Assembly: GCA_964035545.1 (NCBI GenBank)
Contig: OZ037768.1
Coordinates: 18,955,700 to 19,019,699 of the forward strand
Reading direction: 5' to 3'
DNA from: Bugula neritina
Lineage: Eukaryota > Animalia > Bryozoa
DNA: 64,000 nucleotides
Shown here: positions 12,569 through 23,633 of the stretch, one piece after another
Layout of the letters: each line of letters opens with the position of its first letter
Position numbering within the stretch: position 1 is the first letter of the stretch
Notes under the pieces: model-generated
What the model was told of the DNA's origin: nothing
The model's input: the letters and a program-made list of their open reading frames with translations, nothing else
The model's database searches: none
Made by a program: the position numbers and the translations under genes

Positions 12569-15500
12569 TCAGTATAGAAGAAAGATTAGTAAGAGCAGGT
12601 AGAGAGATATCTTATACTGAGTAGCATTGCTCCCAACACACTGTTTACAGGTGAAGTCATTATCAGGGTCATACTTTCTCTTGATGTCAAGGAGTCGGTC
12701 ATAGTTACTTTGTCCCCAAAACTCTTCTTGCCATTCACCAGGATCAAGCGTGTCGTCACACTCACTGAAATACTGACCCTTGGCAGCCACAGTGTTTTTT
12801 ATAATTGCTCCATACCCTGAAAAGGCAACGGTTTTTGTTATTCATATGGTGCAAGTCTGTTCAATATCCTTGGGAGACTATAGTATAGAGGGCATTAGAA
12901 CTCATTAATGTACCAGAGCAGAGCTGGTTGAGGGGGTAACTCTAAAATATGCACAACAAACAGACTTCGGGCGTCAATCATCTGCTATTATTAATCAAAG
13001 AATTATTTGGTTACACAGGATTACTTTGCTCAACAGCATGATGTGATGGCTCACGGGGTTACTAATAATAGAAAAGGGGGAATTATTATTTCCCTCCTTA
13101 GCAGTCTGGATTAAGTCACGGCCTGCGCAGGATAGTGGCACGACCTTATCGAGCCCTCCAATCAGAAGAGACCTTGACTGTATTACTGGGAATAGTTAGT
13201 TCCCGCGTTAGTTAGTTATGACCGGTTAGGCAAGCAATGAACACTTGTGTAAACGGTGATTGTATTCTTTGTCTGGATTATTTAGTTACTATTATATCAT
13301 TCGCATCAAATATATTGTATTATTATTACGTGAGAAACCTGTGAAATCTATGCATTCTCTGGCGCATTGAATTAAGTAGAATCTACACTAATACCCACAA
13401 CAAGATTATACTAAAGTATAACAATATATACATGAGACATACCTGGCAGAAAGTTAAAAGAATAATTTAACCAAAATTCATAGAACAAACTTCAATAAAT
13501 AACTAGTGCACAAATGTACTACTGCAATTTGGATAATAAACAGTGTTTCAGCAACAACGATACATCTACTGAACGACATAATTTAGATGATACTGATCAA
13601 TCTTTGATAAGCCTTACTTTTCACTTGACGAGCATTTCCACCATAAGCTATAGTCCACATTGCATTCCGGAATAATGGATTTACTGCTGTAGCTCCACTG
13701 GAGGTGTTTCTTGTTTGACCTTACGATGCAGAAAAAAAGTTATAATTTTAGCATATTTACTTCATGCACATGTGGCAGTGAAATTAGAACTACTTAGTTG
13801 CTACATAAGTTTTCAACACTAAACCTAAATACATTTGCAGATATTGATAGGTTTAGTCTATATGACTAATTACAAAATGTGTTATTTATATTAATTTAAT
13901 ATCTAACTTATTACAATTAAAATAAAAAAAGTAAGATTATATCATTTATTGAAAAATACAGTGAAAATTATATCCCCACAAAGCCTTCTGCAACTATTTA
14001 AACCAAGTCCCTACATAATCCCAGCATAAACAACTTAGCTCAGATAGAATTTCATCAACACTGTCACAATATATTACCTCCCAGTCTGATGTAGGTGGCA
14101 GACATGGGACTTTGAGCACGGAATGAGGCAGCGTTGAGATTCGATTCTTTTTTGATGAAGTCTTCATTATACTCGGAGCTGGTTAAAAACGTTCCATCCA
14201 TATCCTGAATAAAAATACACTTTATTTATTATATATTATACATTATATATAATAAATAATACACACACATATAATATATGCAGATATTTTACTACAATGT
14301 CCTGATTAAAAATGTACTTAATTTATCATATATAACATATAAATTATAAATATATACTTGTGTGCGTGTATGACTAAAAAATGATTAAATTAATATAATA
14401 TAAGTGGGTCACAGCCAACACTCACCACTTCCTGGTATGTTATGTTGGGTAGAGTCTTCACATACTCATAGAATGTACTGTACTCAGTGAGTGAACAGGG
14501 CCCTGAGAGAAGGTACTCCGATAATTTATCAGACTCAGCTTCCAGTTTGTCAAACCATCTCTGATTTTCTTCAACCGCACCCCAATGGTGGAACACGTAC
14601 TGCAACACAATGGTGGAACACATACTGCAACACAAATGTTGACTTCACTGCATTATTCTGAAAAGACTTTGTACACAACAACCACTTGCCTGACAGAAGT
14701 CATAAACTACTGTTTATGCTTCAGAGATCTGCAAAATTTGCTTATCTTACCAGAGCATAAGCCGCCATTTTACAGGACGGAAATGTGGTATAGCACGTTG
14801 TTCCCGTTAAAAGATATCCACCAAACTCTTCAGGTAAATCTTGCATAACACTGTTCATTCCATTCTTTATTTCTTTCAATGATTTGCCTGGTTGAGCTAT
14901 AATTAGACATATATCTATTAATCAAGAAAAAACACCACTGACACATCTAATTGTAATTTCCTCACCTTTATAATGTATTACAAGAGAGCACCACAAATAC
15001 ATTTAATAATTTCTCCACATAGCTATAATGCGCTACATCTATCATGACAACAGCACAATATAACTCAGTTTTTTCAGCACTTAAAAATGATTATGATGTA
15101 GAAAATCTCAGCTTCTATAAACTGCCAAATTCTTTTTCTATATCTGACCTACAAGATGGCACTCTGCCCTCATTGCATGGCTGTTTGACCAACTCCCATA
15201 TACATACACCAACAAGCTTGCAGTAGAAGAGATAACAACTTGGGGAAACTTACTAACTGTGCTAAAGCTACATATGTATAGAGTATGCTTGCTAGGTGGT
15301 AAATGCAGCTTGTATTTTATAAGAGTTACGACTCCAAAAGTTCCACCACCACCTCCACGAGCTGCCCAAAATAGGTCTGTGTCATCAGATGTTGTAATCT
15401 GAAATACAAAGATGTCAGTAAGTTTGCTCAACTTTTTCCACATATTAAAATAATAGTATTATTTGAAGCTTCAACCCTTACAGTTCCGTTGATGTACTGT

Positions 15501-18328
15501 TTGTAAGTGCCATCTTTGGTGAGAGTAACTAGAGAGAGGTCAGCAAGCACCATCTGTAGCATTAGAACTTGATCCACGCCCAAACCAAGTTTTGGGGACA
15601 CTGGTGAGTGGCCCCCACCCAACATCCACCCTGTCACGGAGACACTAGGCTCAGCTCCACCCATTACAATGCGGTTCACTTCGTCAGCCTATAAGCAACA
15701 AGAAGTGCTAAAAGTGTTCCATTGAGAAAAATACAAATACACAAAACTTTAATCTAATAAAAGCTACTCTTCCAAAATAAAACTTTAAAAATTCCCGACA
15801 TATTTCACTTATGCAGCATTAAAAATTCATATATATATATATTCTAGACTATGTATAAGAATACATAGTTTCACATAAAACAGAGTTAGAATTTTTATGA
15901 TGGCATTTTACTTTACAATGATTTCAAAACTATTCAAACACTCATTGCTATGACGACTACCTGGTTCTAAACAATCTAATCAAAACTTCATTCCTGTTCA
16001 AAGTAAATTCTAATATTGAGAAAGGTATTCTATAAAACCGTTAACAGCACCCTAGAATCACATTGGTGTGGCTGATTACGATTAAGATCCCAAACTCTTT
16101 AACACATGGAAAACTACACACCAAGATTGGCATGGCGTGTTTTTGGCCGCTCTTTTGTGATAATGAGTAAATAAAATTAGTACAAACACCGAACAAAATT
16201 TCAACAGCTCATTACTAGAGTCTACATGTTGTAGAGAGAAAAGTATATTAATTTTCTAGATGTTGCCTGGCAACACATTAGTTGATAAAAATATAGAGGG
16301 TACGCAGTAACTTTCTTGGATACTGAAACTCCTCACAGTACTCACAGCTTTGTACGCCTGCAGCCACCAGACCCCAGGTTCGACAGTCATGCATCCTGAA
16401 GAATGCTCTGGACAACTGAGATTCGTTGATATTTCGTCCATGTAGGCAACACTCAACAGCAGGCAGCCTGGTGCAATATTCCTTCCAATGAATTCGTGCC
16501 CTGCGTTGGAAAGAATTCCTTACTTTTGTCATATTGATCAACTGCATGGAACTAATACGGTCAGCTTCTTAGAGGCTGAAAATTTATTGTAGTAAAAATA
16601 TCCATTGCTGGCTTTATTTTGACAGGTGAATTTTATTACTACCACTTCCCATCTGTCTAAAAATATTATCCTGGAATACCAAGTTCGATGTTGGGGTTAT
16701 GCAAGCATTTATCCTACATAATAGAAACCCAGCTGACTTTTGATTGGACCGGAACATGCTACAAATTATTTCCATGGATAGGATTAGAAAACAGGATTTT
16801 TAATTTTGATGTCACAATAAAAACTTTAGCCGAAAAAATATCCTTAATAAGACTATCAAACGTGTCATGCCACGTATATGTCCAATAAACTTTACTTAGA
16901 GTTATACATTAGGAGAAATTAGAGAAAAATTTTAAAATTGATGTGAAGCAGATTTGGTCAAACAAAAGGGTTGTTCAAGTGTAAGTGACTGTATAATAAA
17001 ATATCCTCAGCTGCATTCACACATGACACTAATTGAAGCAATTTCTTACCAGAGGAAATGATCTTTAAATTTAAGTTGTAATCCTGAGAGAATTTGACTA
17101 CAGCCTGTACATGGCTTGAAGTTCTAACATACACTACGGCTCCAGGTGTTTCGCTGATTCTTCGGTTGAGTACCAAGTTACTGGCTTCAGCCCAGCCACC
17201 ATCCCCTGTGTACAACAAACTGTACAACATACTGTTGAGTGTATAACATACTGTTGAGTGTACAACATACTGTTGAGTGTACAACATACTGTTGAGTGTA
17301 CAACATACTGTTGAGTGTATAACATACTGTTGAGTGTATAACATACTGTTGAGTGTATAACAAACTGTTGAGTGTATAACATACTGTTGAGTGTATAACA
17401 TACTGTTGAGTGTATAACAAACTGTTGAGTGTATAACATACTGTTGAGTATATAACAAGCTGTATGTAGTTTGAGTCTCACTGCTGCTGCCTAAACTCCA
17501 GTTACAAGTCAAGTAATAAACTACCATGATAATCATAATAATATTTCAGGAGCAGCTACATATTATGTTGTAACAAAAACAACATGCAGGTAGTTAGACT
17601 TTCTTGGCAATTATTTTCAGGATTAATCTTAATTTATTAGTTGAGACATTCCAGACTGTAAAACTGAAAAATGTTGGTAGTCGAACCAACTTAGTTGCAA
17701 AACAAAATTCAAAAGACAGCAGAACAATGTGAGTAGCATATCAACTGATGAAATGACATAACATGTGTCACTAGGTGGCAGGAGAAACAGAATAAACTAC
17801 GTAAATAGTATATTCAACAAAATAGGAACAAAATATTTGTATATATTTAGTTCAGATATTTGATTAATTTAGTGTTTAGCAAAAATCAAGAAGCGCATAA
17901 TTTTATGAGAGAAAAATACTTTCAAAAGATCGAAAAAACATTCAACCAGAATTTCACCAAGAACAGAATATAAACTAAGTAGATGGATAACTGAATATAT
18001 GGCTCATTTTACTTAATTTAGTACACACAATATACCTCTAGCTTCTAGTTATTTTTCACAGTTTAGCAGCCAATGTATATAGCTTATTGCATTAAACTGT
18101 TAACATATTAACAGATGTATAAACAACTATCAGATTACAGCAATTATTACCTCTTGTGATAATTTCTATAGATGGGTTTTGTATTCGTAGGTCATCAAAA
18201 TCAGCAAGAGTTGGCCAGCAAGAGTCTTCAGGAGTGCAATAACTTCTGGGGGAAAACTCTTGACCCATGACCAAAGCACTTGATAGCAACAGAATCCATG
18301 TCGCTATGGTAGACAACTCCTGGGCCAT
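12569..18328 (-). CDS. Secreted BBE-like (VAO/PCMH fold) FAD-linked oxidoreductase; exons 18328-18151, 17205-17050, 16500-16346, 15688-15482, 15398-15254, 14896-14751, 14599-14426, 14204-14078, 13719-13618, 12816-12569; 545 aa
   Basis: Exons sum to 1638 nt in frame; signal peptide, C.P...CWP, KIISSGHEFIGRN (flavinylation His), VEPGV.W...Y, GWMLGGGHSP...GLGVDQV, DLFWAARGGGGGTFGVV, BBE domain FWG.NY.RLL.IKRKYDP.N.F.C..CVG; hydrophobic C-terminal tail. Confidence 0.92.
17207..17458. repeat. 19-bp minisatellite (~13 copies) at the 3' end of oxidoreductase intron 1
   Basis: Unit TAYAACATACTGTTGAGTG repeated head-to-tail with few substitutions. Confidence 0.95.
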
Positions 18329-19639
18329 TTCTGTACCACAACAAAGTGAGAAATCAAAACGATATGGAGAACAGAATGAAAAACTCAAATACCTAACCAG
18401 GGTTGAAAGCCAGGTTATTATGAAAAGTATACAATAAATTAAGTTAACAATGACCATTGGTTACACTGGGAAATGCTTGCAGATTTTAATGAGATTTTAG
18501 TAAATCCCATTTGTGACAATGTATTGGGATAAAACATTTCAGGTAGATCAAACTGCATAGTGCATAGAATAGTATATTATTCTAATGATTGCTATTGTTT
18601 GAAGAAATGCATGTAGGTGGGTATTGACCACAGTGTTCAATTTCATCACAGGATAAAAACCATGAACCAAAAAGCTAAGTGGGAAAAGGTTTACATTTCG
18701 AGGTAAGTGCAGTAATGAAGAAATTGAGAAAAGCCTGTGTTCTAGATTAGAAATGTAGCATAAGGAGTTATGTTCCTACAAGAACTTCAACCGTGCCCCA
18801 AACCAAAATTTAATAATGAAACTAAAGAACTTAGGCTATCTCAATTTTTCCACTACTGCTCCTAAATGTACATTTCAACCAGCACCACACCAAGTAAAAT
18901 AACAATCTCTGAGACCTGTTATAAAAGTGTGGTAAGAATAATTGCTAGAAAGATAAAACTTTCTAGCATTAGTTTCATATAGAGTTTAGTTTTTAAATAT
19001 ACTAGAACTGAAGTTATAAGCTAAGCAGTTCATCACTAGCTTAATATAATATTTTACTGAATTAAAAATGAGTTGATATAAGTTAAATGTTTGCCCCACC
19101 TTCTATAAGGAGAGCTTGTAGAGTCTAGCCACCAGTTGTGTTCCCCAACTTCAGTGTGAGCTAGCAATTGAAATTCAACTCACTTATGTAGCTAGGATAC
19201 TGAAAAACAAGTTGCATTGGACTAGTAATATTTGCATATAAAACATCACATGAGCAGTCTTATGCATGCATGCGGTTTACTGAGCAGTCAATAACTAATA
19301 TCATGTGAGTGGCTGAATGTTTAGAAAGAATACCTGAATACAATACATTAACATAAGCTATTCATATTGACAAAGTCATATGACTATGCTGTGGAAAACG
19401 TGACTATAATTAGCTGTAACATGACCAACTGAATATTGCACATAAGACTATGTGTGGATGTACATACAAACACATATGTTAATTTTAGTATTTAATTGTA
19501 AAGTCTTTCCTGCTGACTTGTGAACAATTATCTAGACAAAATATTTTCATTTGCACAGGGTACAACATAATCTTATTAACTTCAACTAAAATGAAGAGTG
19601 TTTGTTGCCAACCCCTTCTCCCTATACTTATACTAGTAC

Positions 19640-20130
19640 AACTACCTATGTTTGCGGGTAATCCATTGAAATACCAGGATAGGAAAGTGGCCTTCAGTGA
19701 GGCTTACAACCTCTCCAAGAGCTCAACAGGGCAAAAAAGGCTAAAACTAAGGCAGTATGTAGATGGCAGAGCCTACAAGGTTATTCAGGGCTTTTACAGA
19801 CAAAAAACAGAAAATTTCTGAGGCAGCTTGGGCTAAACTAGACGATGGATATGGGAAAGGGAAAAAGTAAGAGATACGTACTTAGACAAACTCAAAAACT
19901 GGCCAAAAAAACAGGGAGATGCAGGAGCCTTAGGAGACTTTATTGATTGGCTTGAATCAGTTGACGGCCATGATGCAGACATCAATCCCAACACAAAAGC
20001 AGCTAATAAGAAGGTAATAGTAAAAATCCCAAATAAACTCAGGGATAGGTGGGCTGACGAATACACTAGATTATAAAGGGATACCGAGAGAGTTCCTCCG
20101 CTAAAAAGTTTGTCAAATTCCCATCGCACC
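19640..20130 (+). mobile_element. BEL/Pao LTR retrotransposon gag fragment (degraded)
   Basis: PMFAGNPLKY...LRQYVDGRAYKVIQGF...AAWAKLDDGYG...YLDKLKNWP...DAGALGDFIDWL resembles Pao gag (DUF1759-type); stops and frameshifts present. Confidence 0.7.
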
Positions 20131-20184
20131 ACTATGATATAGCCCAGAAGTCTTTACAAACACACACCACACGCACACACATAT

Positions 20185-20421
20185 CAGGGTTGGGGTCAAT
20201 TGCATATGAATATAATTAATTACAATTACACTTTTATACATCAATTACAAATTACATTCAATTACTTGAAAAAATGTAATTGGTCCAGCACCTCGACTAG
20301 CTTCGCTATTGTGCATATGGACCCTCATCACTGATTTTTTTCTATTTTTCAACCTATGACATAAACTACTATTTGATGAAAATACAAACAAACAAACAAA
20401 CAAATTACAATTACCCCAACC

Positions 20422-20424
<3 letters not shown>
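20185..20424 (-). mobile_element. hAT-derived MITE related to 23711-26706, carrying an L2-type LINE 3' end (~20285-20403)
   Basis: TIRs CAGGGTTGGGGT...ACCCCAACCCTG; (gtaatt) subterminal repeats match both ends of the hAT in reverse orientation; internal cctcgactagc..gctattg and (AAAC)n. Confidence 0.85.
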
Positions 20425-20467
<43 letters not shown>

Positions 20468-20571
20468 ATGCTCTGTTTTAAACTTTGAGCTCTTTTTAGC
20501 AGCGCACTATATCTCACAGTCATATTAAGGCTCCTTTTAGTTGAGCTCTCTTTATAGTATACTGCTACATA

Positions 20572-22667
20572 ATGAAACAGATAACATTTGACTACTCTAC
20601 AAAGAATATACCACTTCCATCTCAAAAGGACTACATACTACATCTGATACGCCAAATTGAAAATCTCTGTAAAAGAATGAGATGGAGAGCTTACTTCTTC
20701 CTCCATCCAGAGGCTAAAGCCGAGCAAAAAGAAACTTATGGATTTCAATCTAGAAAGGCTCTACCCCAGATCAGTCAATTACTCAGTTTTGAGAAGCGTA
20801 TGCAAAACTTTATACACAAAATAAAGTTTAGGAAAGTTAACTGTGTATTTCAACAAAAGCTTCTTGAAGATATCAGAAATAAAATAGACTGCGCGCAAGT
20901 AACTATACCTGCGGACAAAACATCAAACTTTTATGAGACGATTCCTGATGCCTATAATAAACTTCTCCATGATAATATCACTTCGTGCTATCAAAGAGAA
21001 GATAATTCCACACCAATGAACATCAGCAAAGAAGCAAAAGATATTGCCACAAGCCTCAAGTTAGCAGACCGAATCAACGTCACTGCAGAGAAGCACGCAT
21101 ACATAACTCTAAAAGACCATAAATCCAACTTTGAGACTACACCATCATGCAGACTGATAAACCCATCAAAACCAGAGTTAGGTAAAGTAAGTAAACATAT
21201 ACTTGAGAACATCAATTCTGCTATTGCCTCCAGACTATCACTGAATCAATGGGAAAACACCCAAGCTGTCCTAAACTGGTTTAATAATATTATGGATAAA
21301 AACAACTACTCTTTCATCGAATTTGACATTGTCAACTTTTACCCTTCTATTACAGCCAAGCTCCTCAATGCAGTATTAAACTTTGCTTCGTCTTACATTA
21401 ACATCTCCGAAAGCGACCGAAACATTATGCATACAAAAAAGTCGCTACTCTATAACACCAATGGTGCGTGGAGTAAAGCGAATACCAATAGATTATTCGA
21501 CATTACAATGGGGAGCTACGACGGAGCGGAGACCTGTGAACTGGTGGGTTCGTTTATTCTACACCTGATCACAGCGAAACATGGCTATAATTTCGGATTA
21601 TACCGAGACGATGGCCTTGGAATGATAAAGGCGCCAGCTAATTCCATAGAGTCAATAAAGAAAGACATATGCAACATATTTAAGCAAGAGGGCCTAAAGA
21701 TCACTATTGAAGCAAATAAGAAAGTGGTAAGTTTTCTAGATGTACGCTTAGACCTGTATACTGAGAAATATAAACCATTCAACAAACCAAACAATAATCC
21801 TACATATGTGCATATTAAATCTAACCACCCGCCCTCGATACTGCACAACATACCTGACTCAATTAACAGAGGCCTGTCATCAATTTCAACAGACACTACT
21901 AGCTTCGCCGAATGCACACCATTATACCAAGAGGCCCTAAAGAAAAGCGGATATAACCATAAACTCAAATTCCACCAACAGACAAGGGAAAACCATTCTA
22001 ACAAAATCAACCGCTGGAAGCCCATAACCTGGTTTAATCCGCCATAGAGCCGTAATGTAGCCACAAATGCAGGCAAAGAATTTATGAAGATAGCACGGGA
22101 AGAGTTCCCACACAACCATGCCCTTAGTAAAATATTCAACAACAAAACCTTAAAAGTCAGCTACAGCTGCATGAAGAATGTACGGTCTATGATAAGAGAC
22201 CACAACAAAAAATTACTACACCAACAGGAGAATGTAAATAATCCATGCAACTGCAGAAATAAGAATCTGTGCCCACTCAATGGTGACTGCAGATCAAAAG
22301 CTCTAATCTACCAAGCCGCTGTCTCCTCTAACAACCATACAGAAACATATGTTGGACTAACTAAAGGTGAATTCAAATTTAGATATCATAACCATATAGC
22401 CAGTTTTAAACACAATAGTAAACGCAACTCTACTGAGCTCAGTAAATATGTCTGGACTTTAAAAGACAAGAATATGGATAACAATATACAATGGAGAATT
22501 TTAAAACATGCTCGACCGTGCAATAAAAACTCCCCCTCTGCCACCTATGTTTATGGGAGAAATACTTCATAGTATATAAGCCAACATACCCTTCTTTAAA
22601 CACCAGAAGTGACTTTATTTCTACATGTAGGCATGCACGGGCATTTGTTTTAGAAAGCATTAGATGA
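20572..22667 (+). pseudogene. PLE RT/GIY-YIG polyprotein with a premature TAG (22045-22047, WFNPP*S for WFNPPYS) and a frameshift near 22535
   Basis: YSTKNIP, RMRWRAYFF, ADKTSNFY, ITLKDHK...[53 protein letters not shown]; CNCR...CPLNGDC, YVGLT..EFK.RY.NH, TELSKYVW, LCLWEK. Confidence 0.9.
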
Positions 22668-22772
22668 GCTTTTTATAATCTACACATTATGCTTACCAGC
22701 CTATTTTAAATATAAACCCGCCAGCTTTTCACTATATAAATCGCATCATGTATTATATTCTTTAGTAGATTT

Positions 22773-22834
22773 AAACATTTTGTCTGAAGAGTGTATATAT
22801 TAACACGCATGAAACTATTAGTAATAAAATGTTT
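22773..22834 (+). ncRNA. Minimal type I hammerhead ribozyme at the PLE 3' end (helix II partly degraded)
   Basis: aaacattttgt-CTGAAGA-gtgt..gcat-GAAAC-tatta-GTA-ataaaatgttt. Confidence 0.7.
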
Positions 22835-22864
22835 TATCAAATTTAACTGTGACATTTTAACTCT

Positions 22865-22982
<118 letters not shown>

Positions 22983-23110
22983 GTATGCTGATTGTCAATC
23001 TAGTTGGAGTTCCAGCAAAGTAAAGTGCTCGATATCACGGGTGACAGAGCTAATATAGTGTAGTGTGTTCAGATTGTTAATGATACATATATATTTTTTT
23101 ATTTAAAAAA

Positions 23111-23163
23111 TCTTACACGACTATATAGTTTCGTACAGTAAACTGCACTCGTCAGGTGTTAGA
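23111..23163 (-). ncRNA. Minimal type I hammerhead ribozyme (inverted copy)
   Basis: Reverse complement of 23503-23555. Confidence 0.88.
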
Positions 23164-23502
23164 CTAAAAATAAATAAAATCTATGAAGCATACCGATTAT
23201 TCAAATTTTTACATAAAGAAAATTATCATGCTAAACACAACGTAAAACGAAATGCAAACATAGTAGTGGATTTGGTGTTATCTATTAATTAATTAAATTG
23301 CTCTTTTTCTAAAGGATTAGACTATAAAAGCTAGATGTTTGATGGAAAGGTTAATTTATAATAGGTAGTACTATGGTTGAGAGTTGTTAGTATTGTTATG
23401 TGATGTTGCCCAGGTAGTGCTTACGTGCATGTCTGCATGTGGATAAAATTTCATTTCTGTTATTAAGGGAAGATTTGCTTCATAGATTTTATTTATTTTT
23501 AG

Positions 23503-23555
23503 TCTAACACCTGACGAGTGCAGTTTACTGTACGAAACTATATAGTCGTGTAAGA
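23503..23555 (+). ncRNA. Minimal type I hammerhead ribozyme with intact core
   Basis: Helix I tctaacac/gtgtaaga; CTGACGA; helix II GTGCAG-ttta-CTGTAC; GAAA; palindromic helix III ACTATATAGT; GUC cleavage triplet ending at 23547. Confidence 0.9.
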
Positions 23556-23633
23556 TTTTTTAAATAAAAAAATATATATGTATCATTAACAATCTGAACA
23601 CACTACACTATATATATATATATATATATATAT

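Larger units (their letters stand above)
23053..23613. mobile_element. Small non-coding PLE-type unit with ~138-bp inverted arms, each containing a hammerhead ribozyme
   Basis: 23053-23190 is the reverse complement of 23476-23613; 285-bp spacer; (TA)n follows. Confidence 0.85.

Noticed and set aside
12900-13390. Possible solo LTR or MITE in the last intron of the oxidase
   Set aside because: The composition shift is visible, but I could not find matching termini with a TSD
17207-17458. CRISPR-like array or repeat protein ORFs (16958-17536 etc.)
   Set aside because: Head-to-tail 19-mers without unique spacers inside a eukaryotic intron; the ORFs are artefacts of a stop-free repeat
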